Positions 7,763 through 14,896 of a stretch of 32,000 nt of DNA are shown here, piece after piece. Position 1 is the stretch's first letter, and each line of letters begins with the position of its first letter. A model generated the notes under the pieces. It saw nothing but the letters and a program-made list of their open reading frames with translations, did no database searches and was not told where the DNA came from. The position numbers and the translations under genes were made by a program. The DNA is from Synechococcus sp. A15-28 (lineage in GTDB: Bacteria > Cyanobacteriota > Cyanobacteriia > PCC-6307 > Cyanobiaceae), in the NCBI RefSeq assembly GCF_014280175.1, contig NZ_CP047931.1, forward strand, positions 390,001 to 422,000. Reading direction: 5' to 3'.

Positions 7763-8070
7763 ATATGGATAAGGACAATCGTAATGTATTGATTTTTTGG
7801 GCTGCAGTTGTAATTGCGCCATCACTCTTAGTTTCGTGCTCAACGAAGTACGGCAGCAAGCTTGAGGCTTCCCGTGCTGCCTAATGATGGTCTCTTCTTC
7901 ACCTGTTGCGACCTCTGAATTATTGGTTATAGAAAGTTGTGCGGATAGCCAACCGTCTTCGGGCTTACGCATGGCAAGCAATTTACATAAATCGTAAAAT
8001 TTTTACATCGTATCGATGGCAACAATCGAGTGGACGGCCATCAGGTTAATGTGAAAAAAATTTATTTAAA

Positions 8071-8490
8071 ATGCTAAATTTCATTGTCACAACGCTCTTT
8101 TCCCTAATTGTTTTTGTGCTTCCAGCTGTTGCCAGCGCTGAACCAATTACAGTTACTGATATGTTCAGTTCATCCACAACTATTGAGGGAGATACGTTTA
8201 ACTATCCCTCCGGTCAAGCCGAAATGCGTCTGGTGCGCGCTGAATTTGAGGAAGGTGCAACTTTTCCCCTTCACACTCATGCAACGCCATTGCTTGGCTA
8301 CATCGAACAGGGGGAATTGACCTTAACTAAGGAGGATGGAACGAGTCAATCGTGGGGAACGGATGAGTCCTTTGTTCTTGGTCCCAAAACTCCTCCTCAC
8401 ACAATGGGAAACACTGGCAAAGGCACTGCAGTGATGTGGGTGACTTTCGCGGCTACCAAAGACCTGCCCAATCTTGATCTGGCATCTTGA
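8071..8490 (+). CDS. Secreted cupin-domain protein
   Basis: Signal peptide MLNFIVTTLFSLIVFVLPAVASA. The cupin motifs are GATFPLHTHATPLLGYIEQGELTL and ...PPHTMGNTGKGTAVMWV. Confidence 0.8.
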   Translation: MLNFIVTTLFSLIVFVLPAVASAEPITVTDMFSSSTTIEGDTFNYPSGQAEMRLVRAEFEEGATFPLHTHATPLLGYIEQGELTLTKEDGTSQSWGTDESFVLGPKTPPHTMGNTGKGTAVMWVTFAATKDLPNLDLAS

Positions 8491-8619
8491 TAGACTGCTT
8501 TGTAATTGTTGGCTCGCAAAAATTTTTCCTACAGAATTGACAGGATGAGATGTTTGCTATTAATTCTGAAGATCTAATTGAAGTCACTTGATGTGATTGT
8601 CACTTGGTCTGCATAACTA

Positions 8620-8712
8620 GGGGACTAGCGGCTACACTTGCTGTCAAAGTATTAAGACACGCATCGCAATGTTCTTGATTGCGGAGCCTCTTGCAGCCCC
8701 GCAGCCAATGAC
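8620..8712 (+). repeat. Diverged, AT-shifted copy of repeat unit R2
   Basis: aagacacgcatcgcaatgttcttgattgcggagcctcttgcagccccgcagcc aligns by eye (roughly 70 percent) with 6049..6105, aagacactcgcattgccctgttcctactggctgaacctattgcagaactgcaagcc. Confidence 0.55.
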
Positions 8713-8855
8713 TCTTAGACATTTATGGCTTGGCTATCCGGTAGACTTCATTCGCCTTGCAAACGATATATTCCAAAATATATCGTCAATATTCTTCACT
8801 CCGTTTTTTCACAAAGTTTAGCCTAATTTTGGCACATTTTGAATATGTTATTAGA

Positions 8856-9413
8856 ATGAACCCAACCATTGTAGAGTACGATTCAGCCCGCTATGACTTC
8901 AGGAAGTGGGCTTGCGAGGTTTTGGGAGTCCAGGAACTTGAGATAATTCATCGTTTGAATAAAGTCAAGACTTGCAATATCAGTCCAACCGCCAATCAGT
9001 TGGCTAAGTCGTTCTCGTCCATTCTGGAAATCTATAAGTCGTTTGTGCTGAATGTGCTAGACAAGGAAATTGGTGGTGTTGCTAATTTCCAGAGCCCGCC
9101 TTCGTTTCGCTTTCATTACAGCGGACTAGGAAGCAGCGTTTTTCATCGCGATCGGGATTTTGGGGTTGAGCAGGGTAAGATTAATGTTTGGGTACCATTG
9201 ACTGATGTGTGGGGAGATAATTCTCTTTGGATTGAAGGGACAGAAGGTGCTGAAGATCACGAGCCCATTACGATGAAATTTGGTCAGATGCTTCTTTTTG
9301 ACGGTGTAAATATCAGCCATGGAACTAAAATCAATACGACATCATCAACTCGTGTTAGTTTTGATCTCCGCGTTCTTCTTGGCGAAGGGCCTCCTCGGCC
9401 AGCTTCATACTGA
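8856..9413 (+). CDS. Fe(II)/2-oxoglutarate-dependent oxygenase-like protein
   Basis: Start at the internal ATG (MNPTIVEY...). A putative facial triad is present: HxD (FHRDRD), a distal His (ISHGT) and Arg (TRVSFDLR), with spacing typical of the 2OG oxygenase double-stranded beta-helix. Confidence 0.55.
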   Translation: MNPTIVEYDSARYDFRKWACEVLGVQELEIIHRLNKVKTCNISPTANQLAKSFSSILEIYKSFVLNVLDKEIGGVANFQSPPSFRFHYSGLGSSVFHRDRDFGVEQGKINVWVPLTDVWGDNSLWIEGTEGAEDHEPITMKFGQMLLFDGVNISHGTKINTTSSTRVSFDLRVLLGEGPPRPASY

Positions 9414-9569
9414 GACTTTCAACGAATAGGATATTTATTAAAAATTAGTTTTAGTTGGGAAATTTTCAGATAATGAGACATGAGGAATAACCGCTTGGCC
9501 GGATTTTTGAGTGCCTGATTGATTATCCTCCCGAAATTTTACGACAAAACCTCTCACGTATATATGCAA

Positions 9570-9596
9570 CCCTGTTTGCAATGGCGGGAGTTTTTA
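9570..9596 (+). terminator. Putative intrinsic terminator (R3-like, copy c)
   Basis: ccctgtttgcaatggcggg forms a 6-bp stem that includes G-U pairs, followed by agttttta. It is similar to the hairpins at 6741 and 11588. Confidence 0.35.
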
Positions 9597-9654
9597 CATG
9601 GACCACCAAGGAAGCTGGCGAAAGTCACTGACTTGATGAAGCGAATCCAAGCTT

Positions 9655-9879
9655 TTACTTCTGGCCCCAGTTGAATCCGAACCGCTGCTGAGCAGAAGCT
9701 TCCATCTCCCTGCGGATCTGCTGCATCGCTTCGCGAGCAAATGCCTTTTCATTCTCCTGTGCAGTAATGATCTGCTTCGTAAGAGCACGGAGCTTTTCAA
9801 TGTCCTCGCAGCCATCGATCTCTCTGAAGGCTGCTTCCAAATGAAACCTTTGCTCAACTGACAAGAAATGATTGGTCAT
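9655..9879 (-). CDS. NblA-like (phycobilisome degradation adaptor family) small protein
   Basis: FLSVEQRFHLEAAFREIDGCEDIEKLRALTKQIITAQENEKAFAREAM aligns with my recollection of S. elongatus NblA, FSLSVEQQFDLQKYRQQVRDISREDLEDLFIEVVRQKMAHENIFKGMI. The LSVEQ.F.L motif, ED.E.L and EN..K are shared. Confidence 0.6.
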   Translation of the reverse strand: MTNHFLSVEQRFHLEAAFREIDGCEDIEKLRALTKQIITAQENEKAFAREAMQQIRREMEASAQQRFGFNWGQK

Positions 9880-9943
9880 TAGAGATACGTAAAGGAGTAC
9901 AGCCCTGCTGATATGGCAAGGCTGCTAATCAATCGGTGATGAC

Positions 9944-10108
9944 TCAGGCTGCAGAAATGCTGTATGGAGCTTCAGGGGCGCTGGTGGGCATGGGGTCGAG
10001 CTTGCCTTGTGCCAATGCTTTGGCGCGGACATACATCTGACTTGATGTGGCACCAGCTGCTTCCATTGCCTTGGCGACGATGGCCCAGTTACGAACTTCG
10101 GTAGACAT
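9944..10108 (-). CDS. Small conserved hypothetical protein (54 aa), paralog of 2295..2456
   Basis: Start at the internal Met (MSTEVRNW...) of the 9944..10333 ORF. It is homologous to the 2295..2456 product. Confidence 0.55.
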   Translation of the reverse strand: MSTEVRNWAIVAKAMEAAGATSSQMYVRAKALAQGKLDPMPTSAPEAPYSISAA

Positions 10109-10273
10109 TTGAGGCTGAATTGAAGACGAAATAACTATCGCCAGCCAACAGACCTGGCCGTGACGGTGAAAACCGCCAAGGGACCGAACACGCGAAACGA
10201 GAAGTTCGCTGCTATGTACCTGGTTTCTCCGAGTGTTCGTCTGGCTTTGGGCGGTAACGAGACATGGCACATA

Positions 10274-10299
10274 ACAGGCCAAAACGCCTGTTTTGCGTT
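10274..10299 (+). terminator. Orphan plus-strand terminator-like hairpin
   Basis: The acaggc/gcctgt 6-bp stem has the loop caaaac and is followed by tttgcgtt. No annotated plus-strand gene lies upstream. Confidence 0.35.
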
Positions 10300-10320
10300 G
10301 CCACTGCATCACCAGCGCAA

Positions 10321-10390
10321 CAGCGGGGAACACTTCTGGCAGTCACGTCTGACCCATGCCTCAAAATACCGCATTGTACTGTTCCTCTAG
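10321..10390 (+). repeat. Repeat unit R2, copy b
   Basis: cagcggggaacacttctggcagtcacgtctgacccatg differs from 6006..6043 at only 2 positions by eye. The 35-nt offset to an ATG is the same in both copies. Confidence 0.8.
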
Positions 10391-10421
10391 GAGGGGTAAT
10401 ATCAAGAAATAGTGACATTGA

Positions 10422-10449
10422 TTGACTCGGCGTAAGTCAATTCTAATAT
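10422..10449 (+). promoter_or_regulatory. Sigma70-type promoter candidate for the metalloprotease gene
   Basis: TTGACT (10422..10427), a 16-nt spacer, then TAATAT (10444..10449), about 20 nt upstream of the ATG at 10471. A 7-bp inverted repeat, ATTGACT/AGTCAAT (10421..10441), overlaps the -35 box and spacer. Confidence 0.45.
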
Positions 10450-10470
10450 TTTGTATGTTGCAAATTATCA

Positions 10471-11562
10471 ATGAAACAGATTGAGCCAATTGAGCTAATT
10501 ATGTCTCAAGGCGAAATTGACGACATGAAGTCTGTTGTCGACAGCGACTTAATCCTGAACATATATATATCACCAGGAGGAGAGCCTCACACAGCATGGG
10601 ATGATAGAGCGCAAGAGGACGTGAAAACTATAACTAAAAAGCCGGCTGAATGGCAATATAAAGTAATGCGTGAAGCCATGGAGAGAGTCAACAGGGAATT
10701 TGATATTACCCTTAACGAGGTGGAATATGAACAGCTTTCAGACACACAAATAAAGCTAACGACCGTTCCTAATGCGGATGCCGTTAATGGCTGGTGGATT
10801 CGTCCCTGGGACGGCATTACTGATATTTATTTATCAATGACATATCAAAGCGGTCTTGATGGAAGCAAGTATCCTGATGCCCATGACAATCCCGATAATT
10901 ACACGCATGACGAATGGGAAAAATCCGAATGGTCAAAAATTTTTATTCATGAATTAGGTCATCTACTCGGTCTTGAACATCCTTGGGACAAGGATGATGG
11001 AGATTGGGCAGTTGACGGACCAAACGATATGACTGAGTACACGATAATGGGATATGAGAGTAGGGATGCCAGCGGTAAAGTAATGGATTGGTTCCAGGAT
11101 GTAGATCAGCGCGCTTTGAGACAAATTTGGGATGCATCAACATCTACCCCAGAGCCTGAGGGCGGCATCATTGAATCGGTTCGCGGCAAGGGCAAACTAA
11201 AAGGAACTAGCGTCGCAGATGCTTTTACTTTTGACAGCCTTGAAGCCTACACCAGGAAGACTGCTGACAAGATCATCGGTTTTGATGCATCAGAAGGTGA
11301 CACAATTGCCGTCAGCGCTGTCGCGTTCCCTGGGTTGGAGAATGTCTCCGATATCAGCTTTGCATCGACTAAGCGCAAGAAGAAATTAAAGCAATTATCT
11401 AAGAATGATTACGACTTTGTCTACTTTGAGAAGAAGGGTCGGCTCTACTTTGATGGAAACGGTTCTGACAAGAATTGGGGAAATAGTGATGAAGGAGGTC
11501 TTGTGGCAATCTTGAAAGGAAAGCCTGAGCTAACTGTTGAAGACATAACACTTCTTGCTTGA
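10471..11562 (+). CDS. Metzincin-type zinc metalloprotease with a C-terminal cyanobacterial exoprotein module
   Basis: HELGHLLGLEH matches HExxHxxGxxH, followed by the Met-turn-like YTIMGY. No N-terminal signal peptide is visible. The C-terminal DFVYFEKKGRLYFDGNGSDKNWGNSDEGGLVAILKG module is shared with the 52..606 product. Confidence 0.85.
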   Translation: MKQIEPIELIMSQGEIDDMKSVVDSDLILNIYISPGGEPHTAWDDRAQEDVKTITKKPAEWQYKVMREAMERVNREFDITLNEVEYEQLSDTQIKLTTVPNADAVNGWWIRPWDGITDIYLSMTYQSGLDGSKYPDAHDNPDNYTHDEWEKSEWSKIFIHELGHLLGLEHPWDKDDGDWAVDGPNDMTEYTIMGYESRDASGKVMDWFQDVDQRALRQIWDASTSTPEPEGGIIESVRGKGKLKGTSVADAFTFDSLEAYTRKTADKIIGFDASEGDTIAVSAVAFPGLENVSDISFASTKRKKKLKQLSKNDYDFVYFEKKGRLYFDGNGSDKNWGNSDEGGLVAILKGKPELTVEDITLLA

Positions 11563-11587
11563 TAAACACTCAATACCGAACGCATGG

Positions 11588-11612
11588 CCCCGTCAGCAAT
11601 GGCGGGTTTTTT
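11588..11612 (+). terminator. Intrinsic terminator (R3, copy b)
   Basis: cccgtc/ggcggg forms a 6-bp stem with one G-U pair and the loop agcaat, followed by TTTTTT. It lies 26 nt after the protease stop. Confidence 0.6.
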
Positions 11613-11631
11613 ATTGCCTCCTGCGCTTAGC
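11588..11631 (+). repeat. Repeat unit R3, copy b (terminator plus tgcctcctgcgcttagc)
   Basis: Aligns with 6741..6782. Homology already begins at aaacactca right after each stop codon (6728..6736 and 11564..11572). Confidence 0.8.
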
Positions 11632-11752
11632 CGGCTTGTGGGTAGTGCCTTGCCTGAGGCACTGCTCATGGCATCATCAGCAGCGTTGGGCCGAATTGGA
11701 CGTCATCTAGATGTACTCTGAAGCCCACATGCTTTATGAACTACCTGTTCCT

Positions 11753-12046
11753 ATGAGGATGATATCGCTGTTAATGGTTCTATTAGGCGTCCCTGCGATG
11801 GCACAAGGCTTCCAAAAGCTTGATAGTGTTCACGGGTGGTTAATTGAGAGAAAACTATCGGATCAGCAGGAACCTATTTGCCGTGCATCGGTTAGTGGTG
11901 GCGGGACTTGGTTCTCAGCAAGAGTGCACTTAAACCCCAAAAATGATCTGGTGATCCCTGAAGGTCTAACTGCGCCAACGAAGAAATCAGTTGATGCAGC
12001 AATAGAAGCGCTTCGATTATGTCGCTCAAGCATTCTGTATTTCTAG
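11753..12046 (+). CDS. Secreted hypothetical protein
   Basis: The internal ATG gives the signal peptide MRMISLLMVLLGVPAMAQG. No recognised domain. Confidence 0.5.
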   Translation: MRMISLLMVLLGVPAMAQGFQKLDSVHGWLIERKLSDQQEPICRASVSGGGTWFSARVHLNPKNDLVIPEGLTAPTKKSVDAAIEALRLCRSSILYF

Positions 12047-12113
12047 GAATCAATCCTAACCGGTATTACGCAAGGCTGGATTTGCAAAAGTATCAAAGGA
12101 AGAACAAGGGTAT

Positions 12114-12965
12114 CTAAAAATTCACAGATTTCCTCATAAAATAATCAATTGCAAAGTCTGGCAAGATTCGCGCCATTAAAGAACCAACGCGCGCAGGGTA
12201 GGTTACTAGATATCTTCGTTTTGGATGGTCACTTGTTAGCGCGTGAGTTACTTTCTCTGCAACATGCTTAGGATCCAGGGTAAACTTTGTATTTCTCTGA
12301 GAACTACCTAATTTGCGCCTCAAAGTCTTTTTGTAGTCATTGTAAAAATGGTCTTCTATGCATATTTTTTTGTGCAAGCTTTCATAAGCATTCTTCCGAA
12401 AACTTGAGAGGATAGGGCCAGGCTCTACAAGGCTCAATGCAACGCCACTATTGCCAAGCTCCATCCTCTGGGCATTAGAGAGGGCTTCAAGTGCATACTT
12501 GGAGGCACAATAACCACCCACCATTGGCGCTGTGAGAACGCCGTAAATTGAACTAATATTAACTATTCGGCCCCACCCCTGGGCGCGAAATGTGGGCATA
12601 AGCTTGTTTGTCAACTCCTGTAATCCAAAAACATTTACCTCAAACTGAGTCCGCAAATCATCGCGAGATAAATCTTCAACGGCTCCAGGAATTGCAATTC
12701 CAGCGTTATTTACTATTGCTCCAATCCCTGAAGGCGTTTTTCGCATCAAACTTGATACGCAATCATCAATAGATATTGAATCTGTCAGATCCATGTACAA
12801 GGCATCAAAGCCCTTGGAATGCAGCCTTTGGAGATCCGACCCCGATCTAGCAGTTGGGAACACATCCCAACCACTATCACGCAGACAATTGGCGATGCTT
12901 TCTCCAATACCTGAAGAACATCCTGTAACTAATACAGTTTTTGAATGAATCTTGGATGCGCGCAT
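12114..12965 (-). CDS. Short-chain dehydrogenase/reductase (classical SDR)
   Basis: TGCSSGIG matches TGxxxGIG, NNAG is present, and the catalytic YCASK matches YxxxK. ATG at 12965; the track start at 12974 is a TTG. Confidence 0.9.
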   Translation of the reverse strand: MRASKIHSKTVLVTGCSSGIGESIANCLRDSGWDVFPTARSGSDLQRLHSKGFDALYMDLTDSISIDDCVSSLMRKTPSGIGAIVNNAGIAIPGAVEDLSRDDLRTQFEVNVFGLQELTNKLMPTFRAQGWGRIVNISSIYGVLTAPMVGGYCASKYALEALSNAQRMELGNSGVALSLVEPGPILSSFRKNAYESLHKKICIEDHFYNDYKKTLRRKLGSSQRNTKFTLDPKHVAEKVTHALTSDHPKRRYLVTYPARVGSLMARILPDFAIDYFMRKSVNF

Positions 12966-13065
12966 TGAATGCAATTTACGTTATTTATCGAAAATAGTAT
13001 TGCTCCAAAATAACGCATCAAAAACCCGACGTTGTTAATGGTGCGGCCATTAATTTTCAGCTCTA

Positions 13066-14299
13066 TCAGCTCGCCTCCGCAAAGGCTTTTCGAACGCTTC
13101 TCCATTCAGAGGTTCGGTAGCTGCGGTGATGCACCTCCACCGTGTGCCCCATGGCCGCGGCGATCAGAGTCGTCTTGCACGATCCCGTGCGCCCGAACGC
13201 TGAAAGTGTCTCTGAATGAGTAGGGCCGGAGCCATTCACCCTTGGCTTTGTATTGAGCCACCAGTTGCTGCCAGTAGGGCAGGCGTCGCAGGACATTACC
13301 CAGTGTTTTGCCGCTGACAGTGGGCGGCAGCTTGAGCTGGTCCCAGTTCTCCACCAGATCGAAACTGGTGCCGTCGACTGCAACTGCTTCCAGCCAGCGT
13401 GGATCGGTTTCTTCCTTGACGCCTCCGCGGGTGTTGTACGTCTTGCCCTTGGTGACACGAAGCTGGGGCTCGCCATCGTCGTTGCTTACTCGGGCGATAA
13501 ACGCGACCTCCCAGGAGCGGACACCAAACACCCGGCAGATCTTGATGACGTTTCCCCAGGCCTCCGGCAGCAGCCGGATCAGCTCCAGCACCTCTGCGTC
13601 AGTAAGAACGGCCTTTTTCCTGCTTTTGGAATCTGCGCCACGGACCTCCAGATAGTCCTTTTCAGAGATGAGGAACGCTCGCGGCTGTCGATGCTCGGCT
13701 ACCGCGTATTCCAGGAACTTCTTCAGTGCCAGGCAGCACTCCAGCCGGCTTTTCGGCATCTCGATCCAAGGCTTGAGTTCCTCGCCGTGCTTCTTGCCTG
13801 GCTTCTGGTTGAGCCTCGGATGGGTCAGAACCTTCTCCATTAGCTCTTTGCCTGTCTGGGCTGCTTTGCGGCCTTGTAGGCGCAGCAGGGCCACGTTCAG
13901 GTAACGCCCGTAGCTGGCCTCAAAGGTCTTCGGTGCGATGCGGTTGCCGAGGGTGAGCTTGTAGTGGCGAAAGGCCTTGAGGATGCCGGGCCATGGGGTC
14001 ACGACCTCTTCGGCTTTGTGATCGCTGATCGCGAGCACGTCGGCGATGGCTGCCATGAGAGTCACTCCGCCTTCCATGACCGGCCCGTAGATGCGGCTCA
14101 GTAGGCCTTGAACTGGGCCAATGGATGTCTCGTCCCAGGGATAGGGAAGCGTTGCTGAAGCGTTTGCGATACCAGCGCCTGGTGGGAACTGCAGCTTGAG
14201 ACGCACCTTCCCGTAGTGCTCAGACAGGCCCCATCCACGCCAATGCGCCGTGGCGTGCAGCGCTCTCTCCCAAGGCTGCTTCTTGGACTGCCGAGGCAC
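13066..14299 (-). pseudogene. Tyrosine recombinase (phage-type integrase) with a frameshift separating the catalytic C-terminus
   Basis: Frame 1 (13106..14299, GTG start) carries ...LRPYSFRDTFSVRAH and then nonsense. Frame 2 (ending at 13066) carries TTLIAAAMGHTVEVHHRSYR, which holds the conserved His and the Tyr nucleophile. The frames must switch at about 13165..13195. Confidence 0.75.
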
Positions 14300-14302
14300 G
14301 CT

Positions 14303-14324
14303 TCGGGATAAATCTCGGGATAAA
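14303..14324. repeat. Tandem 10-bp direct repeat TCGGGATAAA x2 immediately upstream of the integrase start
   Basis: Copies are at 14303..14312 and 14315..14324, separated by 2 nt. The nearer copy is 3 nt from the GTG at 14299. Confidence 0.7.
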
Positions 14325-14599
14325 ACTACTCTCCTCGACTCTCCAACGCAACTGACGACTCTTGAAAACTACAGTGCTGGAGAGGGTTTGCTTTGATACC
14401 CGTTGCGGTGACTGGGCCAGATTCAGTGCTATCACCCAAATGACTCATGGGTCCTGGAAGGGCCCTTCCAATCCTGTTGAAGTCGCTGGTCAACAGAACC
14501 AACAGACCGGCAAGCGTCCCCGCTGATCAAGGGACATGTCTGGAACCTGGGACCTACGGCGGTATGGTGAATTGATTATGAAATCGACGGATCGACGCG

Positions 14600-14896
14600 A
14601 TGGCCGCTGAGCACGAACTGCTGAAAGAAGTTGCACTGGAACTCTGGACCACAACCAAGAAACTTCGTCCAGGATTGCCGAAGGCTCCGCGGGCTCAACT
14701 GGTGTTGAAAGCATTGCTGATTCTTGGTGATATGCAAGATCAGCTCGAAGCTTCGATGGTTTTGGGTCTTATTGCAGAACAGGAGCCTGATGATGAGCCT
14801 GAGGTTGTTGATAATGGAACTGATAAAACAGTTGAGGAAACTTATGAAAGCCGATCAACGCCAAGGGTCGTACGGAAGCGTTCAAGTAATCGCTAA
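14600..14896 (+). CDS. Hypothetical protein (98 aa) spanning a compositional junction
   Basis: ATG ORF with a GC-rich 5' part and an AT-rich acidic 3' part. Its stop (14894..14896) abuts the stop of the convergent cyclase gene (14897..14899). Confidence 0.35.
   Translation: MAAEHELLKEVALELWTTTKKLRPGLPKAPRAQLVLKALLILGDMQDQLEASMVLGLIAEQEPDDEPEVVDNGTDKTVEETYESRSTPRVVRKRSSNR

Noticed and set aside
9594-9857. 87-aa minus-strand ORF overlapping the NblA-like gene in another frame.
   Set aside because: The 9655..9879 frame carries the NblA motif set. This ORF is Ser/Arg/Leu-rich and crosses the R3c hairpin.
13253-13904. Plus-strand ORFs (196, 115 and 78 aa) opposite the integrase.
   Set aside because: They are antisense to a gene with tyrosine-recombinase motifs and have no motifs of their own.
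14300-14600. Search for the tRNA or tmRNA gene, or a partial tRNA att repeat, expected next to an island integrase. I also tested repeat R2 as a tRNA fragment.
   Set aside because: No GGTTCGAATCC-type T-arm, cloverleaf or CCA-proximal acceptor pairing was found on either strand. The ttcgaa occurrences in the window (for example 13091, 26812 and 28672) lack flanking stems or lie in coding DNA.
14490-14714. 74-aa minus-strand ORF upstream of the integrase.
   Set aside because: It has poor composition, overlaps the more plausible plus-strand ORF 14600..14896, and has no motif.
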